A stretch of DNA of 64,000 bases from Aplysia californica (Eukaryota): the NCBI RefSeq assembly GCF_000002075.1, contig NW_004797415.1, positions 848,096-912,095 on the forward strand, read 5' to 3'. Below the pieces are notes generated by a model. It was not told the origin of the DNA and made no database searches. It saw nothing but the letters and a program-made list of their open reading frames with translations. Of the stretch, positions 1-13,900 are shown one piece after another; within the stretch, counting starts at the first letter, position 1; each line of letters starts with the position of its first letter. The position numbers and the translations under genes were made by a program.

Positions 1-839
1 TAAGAAGCTTGTCAGACCCGGGCGGGCATGGCCGATCAACAAGAGTGAAAAATTGAAATCATTGATCACTCCCGTCGCGTCAAGAATCAGCCACTCATGT
101 GATCGCAAGATCTAAGCGTTGTGGAACTCTATGAAACGGTCAATGTTTGTCGCAGACAGGGTCACATCGAGGTGGGAAACTGACATACGCGCTTGTTTTC
201 CCCAAACTTTGCATTCGCACATTACTCGCTGGGTGGGTATTGGGCAGTCAAGGCATATATATACAGCCTACAAATTCGCCCCAGGCGTCCAGGCGGGTAT
301 CACATTCACATCGAACGGTGAACACTCTTCATCATTGCAGCAGTTATCTCAAATTTGCTGCTTTGCAAGACAGACTAAATTTTAATTGGCTTGGTCATAA
401 CGTAATGGTGCGTAACGACAAATAAGGTAGGGGAACTCTGACAGAGATGGAAAGCTATACATTTTGGACAGGTAAAGTGGGGAGGGGCAACTGAATAAGC
501 GTAGATCTTAAAACTCACGATAGACTGAATTAGTGAACATGCCATGCCTCATCATGCCACTTGGTATCAAGGTTAAAGATCACTCTGTTAGACTATTAGA
601 TTATTGCTTATTATCAATATATAAAAGGGCAAAAATAAATCCTGGATTGTTGGTCCCTATACTAGCATTATAATTAATTTGAATTACAAATGTATTTCCC
701 TGTAATTGTACTTTTATTTTATCTACCATCACAACAAAGATTGTCTGATCTTAGTGATCTTTTCTCACTCCTCCTTCCTGTTTTAACCACGTTGGCTCAT
801 TTTGATTCAGTCTTGTCCGCGAAGCCAGAGAGGACAGAC

Positions 840-1389
840 GGGGGCTCTCGTGGCCTAGAGGTTAAGGTGTTGGCCTCTCATTCAAAGGTCCCTGGTTCGA
901 ATCTGGATAGCGACCAAAAACTTTTCTTCTCTAAAATTGTCTCCTTTCACCCCCTTTCCTGCTCTCTAGCAATGTTCTGTTGTCTGTTTTCTTTTCCACT
1001 TTCTGCCCCCGCCCCCTCACCTCCTTTGCCCCCTCCTCTGGGCTCCTAACTCTTTCTGCAGCCTTTCTACTGCTACTCCTTTTCATGGCTCCTCCTTACT
1101 GCTGTATTTCTGCCACATCCCTGATTTTCTGGTAGGAAAGATCTACACCTAGCCTTCTCGGACAAGGGCGAAAAATCTCAGAGGGCCCGTGTGCAAGTTG
1201 CGCACATTAAGATCCCTTGGTGGTCTAAAATCGATAAGAGTAGGCTTCGGCCGCCACCCAGGCAAAATTCAAAATTTCCTACCAACTGAAAATGATTATA
1301 TAGTGTGCCCCGTGCGCTCGTATGAGCTTATACAGTTGAGAGCGCCGTAAAACACTTTACAAAAAACAAAACAAAACAAACAAACCAAA
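840..1389 (+). mobile_element. tRNA-derived SINE family 1, full length
   Basis: A box TGGCCTAGAGG, B box GGTTCGAATC, pyrimidine-rich body, GCGCTC..GAGCGC tail hairpin followed by (CAAAA)n; TSD aggacagac/aggacaaac. Confidence 0.9.
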
Positions 1390-2559
1390 AGGACAAACCT
1401 CATATCATTTTCTTATATGTTAAATAAATCAACCTTCTTCATCAAGAAACAGTCTTTTATGCTTTTGCCTTTTTAATTACAATAGGCAGCCAACCTCAGT
1501 GCAACACGTTACACTCTTTGCTCGTCATATGTAATAAACCCACCCATTTTAGAGTGAATGGAAACCATTTTGATTAGCCTAGCGGTTGTGGATCACCGTG
1601 GATTCTCCCCTTGGTGCGTCGACTAAGATTTTCCTTGCTCCCGCGCACCGGGCTCTTATGCGGAGAGACTACTGACTGTAGGCCAACAGCTTTTTTGAAA
1701 ACACCCAAGCAAAGATTCATGATTCATGACGAACCATGATCGCTGAAGAAGGCCATGTCGCAGATATGGCACGTAGATGATGGTAGATCTAGTCGAACAA
1801 AAGTTAATTTTGGCTTCTGCTCTTCATAAATCTAGTAGAAATATTTCTGAGATAACAGAGCGTTATGCGTTTACATTTTTCTTTCTTTCTATGATCATTC
1901 ATCGAACAGTGTGTAGCCTATGTAGGCTATTTGGTTAATTCTGGTATTTAGTTAGAGTATATCGAAACACCTGGAGATAAGGGCAGCTACTCGCGCCAAC
2001 TTTGTTATGATTGCTATCCTGATCACGATGAAAACAAGCAGAAAGAAGGGGTCACTGTATTGCTTGTTTCACTTTTAAAAATAAGTAAGAAGTCATGAGG
2101 CACCCACTGCTTTTCATTTTTTTTTATTTCGCCTTTTTCTCTCACCTATGTTTATGCAGAAGATCTAGATCTAGAATCTAGATCTAGATTCTTGCTGTTG
2201 CAGATCTTTTCCCCGTGTATAATTTGGCACAGTGGGCTGAGTGGGCGGGAGTGGAGGAGAGTCTGGCCTGGAGTCTGGAGACTCGGACTGCAGAGAGTGA
2301 GAGTGAGAGTCAGGAGGGTTCTTTACTTGAGACTAGATCCAGATCTAGATCTAGACTGCTTCTGGTGCTCTTGTGTAGTGTCCACTAAACAGTAACCCAA
2401 GTAAAAATAGGAGCAGCATCCACCACCAAACACCAACTTAGACTTAACTGCTTGTGTTATAATAGACATTCCTTCATAAATTAGGCCCTAGATTCTACTT
2501 ACTTTTTCCCTCTTACAGACAAGACCAAGGTCTCGGGGAGATCATGCAATTGTCGGAGG

Positions 2560-3955
2560 TGGGCCAGGTGTTTTGCTGTTTGGGGATTGTCATGTTGTTC
2601 ATCAGGAAGGAATCTTTGACTCCATTGATCCATCTTTTTCTAGGCCTTCCCTTTGCCTTGAAGTCATCGAATTACCATCGCATATAATATTATAGATTGT
2701 AGGCCTGTTGTGTCTCCATTCTCACACTTTTTATCTGTGGGTGGTTGGCAGGTGCTCTGGTGTGGTTTGCTTCTTCTTTCCTATCAGACATCTATCGTCC
2801 TTATCTCCCCTTCTTCATTTTTATTTTTGTTGCTCTCTTGTAACACCTAAATCTTCTGACGCTCCATGACCTAGTTGCGAGCGCCGTAAAACTTCTACTA
2901 AAAGTAACTAACTAAAAACATAAATTTTAAAATTGTTTCTTGATGTAGGCTACTGTATTTCTTGATTCTTGCTCAATTGAACGTCCACTCTATGTCTAAT
3001 GAGATGATGTCTTCTGAGTCTTTGTAATATCTGTCTTTTCTTGTGATTTTTCATATTTTTTAAGACATTTTATTTCATTTGCTGCTATTATGTTTTGCTG
3101 TGCTTTGTCGAGGGTCCAGGTTTGACGCTGATAGCAGAGATCAGTTGGTATAAAGATGAGTTGTTTCTATGAAGATGTGTTGATGGGAGAGGATGGGTAA
3201 TAGTTGTTACGTGATTGCATTTGCCTGTTGTACTCATGTTTCTATTTCTCTGTCCATTTTCCTATTTGATGTGAACAGGCTTCCATGGTATTTGATTTCT
3301 TGTACTACTTATTTTAGTTGTGTGTTGTTGATTCCATATTTCTTTTGTATGCTTTGTTCAGTAATTCAGTATGATGTTTTCTTGGAAGCTGTCCTGGTTT
3401 TGGTGTATAAGACTCTGGTCATCAGCGAAGAGCAGTTCTTATTGTTTTGAGTTGTTGTTTGCTTCATCTTGTGACATATCTTGTCCATGTTGAATATGAT
3501 GAGTAATGGTAATAGGACACAGCCTTGTCTGACACCTGATGTTACTTTGAACCAGTCAGTGTTCCCCTCGCTAAATCTTACACAACTCAAACTATTCTCA
3601 TTATATACACTTTGATGTTACTATACTAAGGAGTAGGTCTTTCACTCTTAATTCTTTCAAAGTCTGAAATAGCCTGCCCCTGTCGACTCGGTCAAATGCC
3701 TTCTCCCGATCCACAAACACCATGTCCAGGTCTCTGTTGTGTTTTATAGCTCAGACAGATACATGTTTCTCATTGTGAAGATGGCGTCTGTACATCCTTT
3801 TCCCTTTCTAAATCCAAACTGCGTGTTGCTGAGGTTTTTCTCTACCATGCATGTGTCTACATCCAAGTATTTTGATATGTATCTTTCCAACATGGTTGAG
3901 TAGAGTTATTCCTCTCTATGTACCATACTCTTTTTTGTTGTCTGTCTTTTTCTTA
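2560..3955 (-). mobile_element. Degraded RTE-clade LINE (reverse transcriptase region), interrupted near 2740-2920 by a tail-bearing retroposon fragment
   Basis: Translated remnants WFKVTSGVRQGCVLLPLL, YRGITLLNHVGKI, EKAFDRV, QFGFRKGKGCTDAIF, with stops and frameshifts. Confidence 0.8.
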
Positions 3956-4820
3956 TCTCACTCAGCCCTGGGGCCAAGGATACCTGGTCTGCTAGCTGTG
4001 CCTAGTGGTTTTAGATGTTTTTGTAACTTCTGGAAAAGTGCTAAATCGACTTCAATCGCTGTATTATTTCACACACACTTTGTTTAGTCATTACATGTAT
4101 GGAGCATTACCGTTTACAGAATTTGAAAATGTTTGATAGTCTGTGAGGTATTGCCATTTGAAAAAGGTCAGCAACATGCACTAAAAGTGGCTCGGATGAA
4201 AGACCATCTCATTTCCCACTTGGTTACTATGTGTTAAGTTATTTTCAATTGTAGGTCAAGAAAGCAACCTTTGCCCTTGTAATAGTTTGTTTCTGATAAA
4301 GAAATGGTCAGGGGTCATGTATAAAGTATAGTCTGTTCCTATTTGATGTGTGTTTATGTTATTAAGCGGTAGAAATTTCCATCCCAATACTGTCAGGTTC
4401 AGGACCCAGTGCTGATGTGCACAGCCCGACTATCTTGGGCTCTGGGCTAAGTGAGTTAATAAGTAGTACAGTACTGTTTTGCCATTTTTCAGGGTTTCGT
4501 GTTTGTTCCGTACATAAATAGCCACCCTTAACAACACCCTTTTCTTCTCACGGCGACCCGTGCACTGTTTATCAGCTATTTAGAAAAAGTGGATTTACTT
4601 AGAATGTGATGCATATATATGCATTTCTTTGAGGATAAATTTTTAGTGAACAAATTTATACAACAAGCGTGTATAGCAGTGTAAAATATGCATTCATGAG
4701 TATGTCAGGCTTGCTTCATGGTTGTTCTTTGATTTTTTAATTTTGAAAGGACCACTATGACCCACATAAGAAAAGTTACCTGAAGGAAACTACTCCCTCC
4801 CCTCCCTCCATCGTTCGAAG

Positions 4821-4965
4821 ATGGAGAATGACATGAGTCCAGCTGTGGAACACCACCCTCAAGAGTCATCCCCAGATGGTCTGTTGGTGGTGGGTCGTAA
4901 GACTCCCTGTATCGTCAATCGTAAGCTCTTGCCCGTCAAAGGATTCTACTTCACATTTATGTCAG
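4821..4965 (+). CDS. MFSD6: MFSD6-A coding exon 1 (MENDMSPAVE...VKGFYFTFMS)
   Basis: ATG at 4821, donor G|gtatg. Acceptor ttttgaaag at 4749 implies an upstream non-coding exon. Homologous to gene B exon 1. Confidence 0.85.
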
Positions 4966-7900
4966 GTATGATTCACCAGTCAAGAAGCTTGAAGAAGTGA
5001 TTCAGCTGTGCTTTGAAATGTAACTACCTTTTAAGTTTGTCAAGTATTTATTTTGATTTAATCTCATTTACCATATGGGTCTGTGTCCACAATTAAAGCC
5101 TACCTGAACCCTTCTGCGCACTGAACACATTTTTCAGCATGCGTTTGGGTAAATTTGATATTGAAACCAAGGAATCTTAAGTGCATAGATCCTGTAAGCT
5201 TAGGGAATCAGGGCTCACAGGTTTAAAAAAGCTTGTTTAGCTTAATTGTATTTGTATAGAATCTCTTACTCTTTGAATTATGTAAATGCCTTATTAGTTC
5301 GGCTTCCATGTTATTGTCTTCAATGGAAGCAAACTGTTTAACAATAATTCATTTTTTGTAGCTTACTATGAGTCGGCAACAACTTCTACTAACTTGTTGT
5401 ACTATCTACGCTCCTCAGCTGTGGGAGTCTTGCTGCCATTTATTGGACTCTACATGCGGCACTTAGGACTGAGTTTCCATGAGACAGGGATCATATATGG
5501 GATCATGCCGTTTGTCAGTTTCTTTGTGCGACCAGCTATTGGGGCTCTGGCTGACAAACTGAAACGTCACAAAGCAGTACTTATCCTTACAACCATTTTA
5601 ACAGGTATATATGTTGAATTCTTTTGTCTTGACAAGACCTAAAAATGTATGCATATTATTCCCATCAAACCTCGTTATACTGTCAACCTTGGGACATTCA
5701 TGAAGTTGAAGGTAAAGAGGAAGTGGAGCTGTTGGTATAATGAGGGGTGGGGTGGGGTGGGGGTGGGGGCGCTAATGCTGATCTCTGTTAAATAGCCCTT
5801 ACTGCCCAACGTTAAGGGATATGATTCTGCTGTGTAATCTGTCTTTGAAAATTGTATTTTTTGGTGAATTACAATTACACATATTNNNNNNNNNNNNNNN
5901 NNNNNNNNNNNNNNNNNNNNNNNNNNNNNNNNNNNNNNNNNNNNNNNNNNNNNNNNNNNNNNNNNNNNNNNNNNNNNNNNNNNNNNNNNNNNNNNNNNNN
6001 NNNNNNNNNNNNNNNNNNNNNNNNNNNNNNNNNNNNNNNNNNNNNNNNNNNNNNNNNNNNNNNNGTTCAAATTCAAAGTGAAAATTGCATAAACTGCTGA
6101 ATCAGAGCCTAGCAGATGCATGGTGTCTGAAATTTTCAAGACAATGCAATGGTGGGGAGGTAGATGGGCATGGGTGGGGAAAGTGCGAATAAGCAACCAG
6201 CGCTCTCTCACAGAGTCATGTGTGGTAGAAGGAGAAATTATCACCAAGCAGTTACCGAGTGGGTGCTGTCTGTAGTGTGTACCACCGATGACCAGTTCGC
6301 TGTCGGTGGTGCGGGCAAATTACGTTAGTAAGGACCGTACAACTCAAGACAGTTGGTGGATGGCAGTTTAAAGAAGCAAGTAGTATCTTTCATGCGTTGG
6401 CAAAACGTTTGGGAAATGGTATTAGTGGAGTGGTCTTACAGGAGTAGTATAACCAGTTTGACTGTACTTTTGTTTATCAGACAGAAGAAATATATCTTAG
6501 AAAATTATGTGGTCGCTAATATGAAAGACCACTCCTTTTTTTTGTAAGTCTTACAATCATATATATCCCGAAATCAGTGAAAAGTTTTTGTACAAATACT
6601 TCTCATTAACAGTAGTTATGATTTCATCTGTTTCTTATCTTATATATTGCTCTAGCTCTTGAGGAGAGATATTAAAAGGAAAAAAAATATTTAAGTCTCA
6701 TATAAAGTCATCTGTGTGTGCTAATAGAAAGAGGGAAAATCAGAACAAGGGACAATTAAGACGTTTACAAAGTGCATGTCAATTTACAAGGATAGTGCAG
6801 GTGTAAGAATGGTGCCTTCTCTGACCTTTTCCAGAAATGTATTACTTCATCCAATCGTCATATTCTTTTGTCTTTTTTACAGGAATTTTTTACTTCGTCC
6901 TGGTGTTCGTCCCATCCCGTCCAGCCCCTCCCAGCCTTTCCATTAGCACGAGCATCCAGTGCAACACTCAGGACTCTTTTCTACAAGACTGTAGCGACGA
7001 GAATTCTCAGGGACAGTGCCAAGTAGGACTCAGTTACTTCAACAATGTGACGCACTTGCATAAGGGAAACAAGTCACGGACATGCACTTTTTCCTGTACA
7101 GTTGAAGATTCCTCTTTACCTCAGTTCCAAGCATGCTTCACCAATGAGACAGGGCCTTACAACAGTCTTCGCTGCAACGGCACTCTCACCCACAGTAGCC
7201 ATTTAAACTTTGCTGTCCAAGACTTGAAAGCCGTTCTAGCCAGCGAAATTCCCAGAGACAGATATCATGTGGATTCTGTCACATGTCGTGACTACGATCT
7301 GAAAGATGTCTTATTTCTAAAGGATTCAAAGCATGAAGCTAGGCAAATTCTTTGTGAGAGAGAATTATCATTGCAGTGTAAAGTCAGTTGTTCTCAGAAT
7401 TTGGATTGTAGTAAGGATTCATCTTTTGACAAAACTTTCTTTATTTTTTTCTTTCTTTTTCTACTCGCAAATATTCTTTTTGCCCCACTCTTCCCGATTT
7501 TGGATGCTGCAGCATATGAAAATTTAGGTGAAGATGGCCACCGATGGGGCCAGCAGCGACTGTTTGGGACTGTCGGCTTTGCCATTTTCGCAGTGACCTC
7601 GGCCTTCATCATGGACCTCAAGTCAGACAGTAAACACTTGGATTTCTCTGTGTCATTTTACCTCTTCTTGCCACTCTGTGCTGTCTCTTCCATCATCGGC
7701 AGCTGGATACACATGTCATCAGACATTGTGTAAGTATGATAACGAAAATGATGATAATTGTAATAATAGTAATAATACAATAATTTTAATAAAAGGAAGA
7801 AAAAAAAAGAAGTGGAATTGTTATTACAAGATATGGACCCGTGATACGAACGGTGATTTAGTGATAGGAAATCCCAAGATGTTTGTACCTGAATCATTGC

Positions 7901-10900
7901 CGTAAGACTTCTGTTGTAGACAACATTGTTGGTATATATGCGCCATCTGGAACTCCTTCCTGCTTGCATGTATTCTAATAAGAGTCTCTGAACCCCTCAT
8001 ATGTATAGGTACAGGTGTACTAACTTTGCCATTCTATGATTCTGGCAACAGAATGTGTTTCTCTCTTCTCTCCATCTTATGGCACTGCAATGTTCATAGA
8101 CGACACTTAATTCACAACTGTCATGTGTCCATAATCTCCGATCAACTTCAGTTTCACTAAAGGACTGTGCATTGCACGCTAAGGCCAATATCGGCCCATT
8201 CTTTCTTGGCCTAGCACGCTCAAGGTCTTCCTCCAGATTTTGACTATTAGAACGTTAATTCTGATTGATAGTCACCTTTCTCCGTTTATTCTCGCTTTCA
8301 ACTCTGTTTCATGGGGTTAAACAAACTCTACGTTTAGGGGACATCTTACTACATTATGAACTAAAATTCCATGGCCAACTCTACTCCGAACAGATCTCGA
8401 TCTAGATTCTCTTCTTTCTAACTACTCAAAATCTGTCTTGAATTTTGTGCTCCAAATACATCACGGATATAGATATCTAGATCGAGAGCCTTGCTCTATA
8501 AAAAGCTACACGGAAAATACGCTCCAACTTTTTAAAATGTCAATACAACGAAGTGAACATTATGCGGGTTTAAACGAACTCAACATGTTGGGGACATCAC
8601 TACACCAAATATATATAGAAAAAGTCAATACAATGAAGTTTGACCTAAAGTCCCCGTTGACACTGCGAAGCATACATCAAAATTGAGTTAGATATCGAGA
8701 ATCTAGACCTTGAAACAGTAGAAGCAGCTTTGTAAACACGAAGTAGAACTCTGTGGCGCACACACAGCAAAGCACAAAGGGCCTTTCTGTTCTTGCTAAC
8801 TACTCCAAATCAGTCTTGCACTCTGTGCTACTAATACATGTAGGGTATAGAGAGATCTAGATCTAGAGTCTTGCTCTATAAAAACTACTCGCCAAATTTT
8901 GAAAACATCAATACGCAACGAAGTAAACCTTTTGTGGGTTTAAACGAACTCAACATGTTGGGGACATCACTACACCAAATACAATGAAGTTTGGCCTGGA
9001 GTATCCATCGACACTGCGAAACACACATCCAAACAGAGTTGGATATAAATATTCTACATCAGGAAAAGTAGAAGCTCAAAAGTCATCCCAAAGATCCCAC
9101 CCTGGAGGACTAAATCCCACATATCAGATAATAATTTATGGAACAAATAACGCATGCGCTTGCAGCTGATTGACCAAGGAGCAAAAATTTTCAATCATTG
9201 TACTGGCTTTTTTCTCAAGAATACGATCGCATATCGGATGTAAATCTTGATGAGTGAGTGCGATGTTTGCCTCAGAGACAGGATCACACTGGTGTGTGAA
9301 TTCTTTGACTCATTTGTTTTCCCAAACATCACACTCACATTTGAGACCTCTGTCTGAACTATCATCACAAGATGGGTGGGTTGGGCCCACAAGGCTGCAT
9401 CAATTGGGCCCACAAGGCTACATCAGATGGGATCACATTGCACTGTGAACCCTTCGGTGCTTTTGTGTCCCCGACCATCGCACTTTTTTTTCAGCTCTGG
9501 GCCTGAATTTGCAAGACAGACTGGTGCCCATACTCAGAGACTGTCCATTTGCCTTTGCATAATATGGTCATCTGTTGGCACTGAGCTTGTGTTTCGTTCT
9601 TCAAATTTTAATTGAGCAATGAACTTGGTCAGAGATGGAAAGCTGAATTTTTGACAGTTGGGATTGACCTCGATCTTGAGACTCATGATCAAATTAGTAA
9701 AAATAGCATGTCTCATCAAATTAAGATGAAACCATTGTTGTGATTAGTTGTCAGGGTGAAGCTCTCTTTTCTGGCCACAAGATCTGTTAACCGAACCCTT
9801 TGAGCCCTAGCCATCGGTAGACCGGTGGCGCTTGGAACTGCCCATATACCTAGCCTTCGGTACACTGATGAACGAGACCTTATCTCCAACCCATCTAGCC
9901 TGGGACTAAATGCACACAGAAAAGGTTTACTACACAGGATGTTATTGATTATTTTGAAGATCTTTCTGAATTAGATGCTGGTAATGATGACGACTACCCT
10001 GAGTTGGATATGGAAAGTGATTCTGATGATCTTATATGGATGTTAATAAATTATCGCTCAAAAGCTCATGCAGAGAGGCACGATAACATCAGGAGGTCAG
10101 AGTTAAAAGGATTAATACTTACAGGCCACATCAGTTCATTTCAAAGTAAGAGGGGATCATTTAGTGATTTTGGGCCTGACCTTGAGTCACCGTGGATTTC
10201 CCCCCTGGTCAGTTATAGATTGAGTATCTCCATCTATCTGCTGGGATACTGTGTCTTGCTCAGCCCAGGTTGGCACTGACAGGTGTGGTTAAAGCAGCTT
10301 GAGTACTAAATGATCCAGATTGTATCAGGAGGGGTCATAAAACAGTACAATGAATCAGTCAATCAGTAAATAAATCGGTGGAGCTTTCAAGACGATGCAA
10401 GCAAGCCAGCATGAGTTTCTCAGCTTTGAGATGTATCTGATTTAATGCCGCTGAGGATAGATACCCGTTGAGAGCCTAACGCAAAAAATCGACAACAATG
10501 ATAATTGCAATCAAGTGCATTTGTCTCCCTTGCTGAGATTTGACAGTGGTCCCTTCCTCACCCCCTTTCTCCCTGGATTTGAATGTTGTTTTGATTTTTA
10601 TTTCCATGTTTGTTTGTTTTTACTTTTGAGGCTTCTTTAAAAAATTCAAAATTATATCTTTCCACAGATGCGGAAAATTCCTGAAGAATATTTGGAACGC
10701 CCTGAAGTACATGCAAGTCCTTGCCTTTCTCTTTTTGGTCACCTACTTTGGCATCCTGACTGGAGGCATTGAAGCCTTCCTGTTTGTGTTCCTCAATGGT
10801 CTTGGGAGTTCTCCGCTCTTGTTTGGTTTTGCACTGTTGGTGAACTGTAGTGCTGAGGTAAGTTGTTTAACCCTTTCTTGTTTTATAGGACAAAAACAAC

Positions 10901-13900
10901 AAGTCCCAGCTAAGGTCCATTTGGTCAAGGTTAAGCCCAGGGTCTGGGATCAGAATTCTGATGGTAAAGCTCTTTCACCCTTTGCTGCTGCGTGCAGAAG
11001 ACTTGATTCCATAACTATATTGGGAAGTTACTTTATTGAGTATCTCCGTCACTTCTTCTGGGACACTGTATCTCACTCAGCCCGGTTTGGCCTTGTCAAG
11101 CGGTTTGAAATAAACCTAGACCAAAATGATCTAACCTGTGTCAACGAAGGCTTACAAAATTTATAATCATTTATGTTTAATGTTAACACAATAGGTTGTA
11201 TCCAAGATAACCGTAACATTTTTAATATTAATACGTGTTTGTAGGGTTTACAGGGAGTGTGATGGATGTCTGTGCTCACAGGTGTATACATATATGATTT
11301 TCAAGAAATTGTAGCATAATCGTGAGATTGCAGATTTGGGAGTTCGAGGCTCAGCTCAGTCTCAGTTTGTGTCCTAGAGAAAGGCATTTTATATGATTTT
11401 TCCATTTGGCTTAGTCCTATGTGAGATGGGCATTAAATACTAAAATAGCGTTTCAGTATTGCATGGGGCATTTTTAAACCTATACAATTTTGCAGTTTGA
11501 CTGTGAAAAAGCAGTCCATACAATTTATTTTATTTTCTCTCTGTATTTTTGGGGTTTAAGATTTCCTTAGGTGACGATTTGCTGCGAAAGGCAATGAAGA
11601 CCTCCAAAAAGCTTTTTTTCCCCTTTACTTTATTTTTTAAGGTGCCCATGCTATGGATGTCTGGGTCTATCATCAAGCGGTTTGGCTATGTATGTTGTCT
11701 GTATCTGGTCCTGCTGTGCTACGCCGTGCGTCTTCTGGTCTACTCTGTGGTGGGCAACCCCTGGCTGGTGTTGCTTGTGGAACCTGTGCACTCAGTTACC
11801 TTTGGTTTGATGTACGCCTCGGCTTCCTCATATGCCAGCGTCATCGCCCCGCCTGGCATGTCGGCCACATTGCAAGGACTGCTGGGAGGCCTTCATTTTG
11901 GAATAGGTTTGTTTGTTGTTTTAGTTTGTTATTCTTAAAAGCATCTTTTGAGTTGCGTTGCGGTATGTATTATTTAATGATTAGGATCTCCCTTGTTACA
12001 TGCACAAGACAGGAGTTTGATTCCCTTCTGGGGAATCTGTTTTATTTAGTATGTTCTTCTCTTCTCTGTTGAGGCACTGTATCCATCTTAGTCCAGGTTG
12101 GCCCTGACGGGCAGTGTTGAAGCAGCCAATATTGAAATGATCAAAATTGTGTTGACAGGGTGCATGAGACACTGGCAATCCTTTACAATTGATTTGAGTT
12201 GTGTTGTTTTCCTCTTTCAGCATTCTGTCAAAATTATCTAAGATGCCCACCCATTTTCAAGAAGAAAAGTAGTTGTCTTAGACAGGTGGATGTCTTGGAC
12301 AGTGTCAGTATAATGTAGAAAAAAAAATGCAAGGGGGATAAGTGAGAACTGGTAATTTGTACAGGTGATTGTCTTGGACAGGTGGCAGTTAGAGCAGGTT
12401 GGACTGTATTGTGGATTGCTTGAATGTGGGAATCCACCACTAGAGAGGTTGACTTTCATATCATCATAAAAACTGGTTCAGCTTTTTAAGTCTGGCCCCC
12501 TGAGTCTTTTAGCAACTGTGCACCTGGGGTCCTTTAGGTTGACTGCAAGATTTGCCCCTCAATAAATACAGTCGAAATTGTCCAAGACATTAGCCCATTG
12601 TTGAAGAGAAAAGTGATTGTCCTGGACAGGTGGTTGTCTTGAACATTGTCATTATAATAAACAAAACAAAGCAAGGGGAAAGTGGGAAGTGGCTTTTGTA
12701 CAGGTGATTGTCTTGGACAGGTGGCGGTTACAGCGAAAAAAAGGCCCAACTGTATACTTTTTTGTGGCTGTATTTTGGGAAGACTGGAGATAGAGGGAGG
12801 GAAAGAGGCATGGAGATAGAGGGGAGGGACAGAGGCATTTTCTCAGATTTCAGTTATTGTAAATTGTAGCTGCGGCAAGAAAAATGAATTACTCTTATTC
12901 TTTTTTACTCACACCCTACAACAGGGTCAGAGTTATTGAGTTTTAATCATTGTGTGTGTTTGCAGGAAAAGGAATTGGCAGTCTCATCACGGGATTCATG
13001 TTCGAAGCCATCGGGCCGAGGTGGACATGGGGGGTTTTCAGCATCATCTGTGTAATCCTCCTGGTCTTCTATGTCATCCTCAACATGTTTGTGTTCAAGT
13101 CTTTCCAGCACCCACCTGCCCACAGACAAGGGAGTGGACAAGGTGGGTTCTTTTTTCTGTAGTTTTAATGTACAAAATGTGGCAAACTTTTCTCAGCCAC
13201 AATTGGTCTCATCAGCCACAGCAGAAGCCACAAGTCATTGTAACCTTTAACCCTTTCGTTGCCAGAGGGTATACGTTCCTACTGTCAGCATTGATTTACA
13301 GCTCAGCTCATTATCCACACGGCGCACCGGCAGTGGAATTTTAGTTGCCGCGGGGGGTTCCCCGCCGGGCGCCATATCACGTCGGGGTCACGGGGGTCAG
13401 CTCCCTGTCGCCGCTCTGTCTGGGCCTACCTAATTTTTGGTACTTTTCAACGTACAATTTAAGGTGTATCCTTGTATTTATGGTAATTCTCATTTAGTGC
13501 ATCCAAAGCACGCATTTCTGCTCTTGAGACTCAAAAAAGAACGGACGTTGTAACTTGTCTGGTTATTTCGTTAGACGCGCTGGAGTCGGCAATGCTAAAT
13601 TGTAATTTTTTTTTGACCAGCGTGAATAAAAAAAAATCAATATAAAAAAAAGGCATTGTCAAAATCTGTCGAACTTTTGGAACATGAACAACATAACATT
13701 GGTGCAGATACTCAGAAAAGATGGTTTCTGCGCTTACAATAGAAGGCTGTAATTTTACAATTTTATCCATCGGGGACACAATTCGCTATGAAGTAATTCC
13801 TCCAAATACAACTTTATGTGTCTAATATAATCGTGAATATTCGCATATTTTCTCGAAAGTTTATAAAAGTTACCATGAAGTTTCTGTATGAAAAGTACAA

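Noticed and set aside
1-430. CpG-richer repeat-like sequence at the window start
   Set aside because: Probably the end of an interspersed repeat, but it is cut by the window edge and has no second copy here to confirm it.
840-915. Possible tRNA genes (also 29904, 36350, 49940, 51710)
   Set aside because: These are SINE heads. They continue into a shared body, some have a tail and TSDs, and none forms a clean cloverleaf with a terminator.
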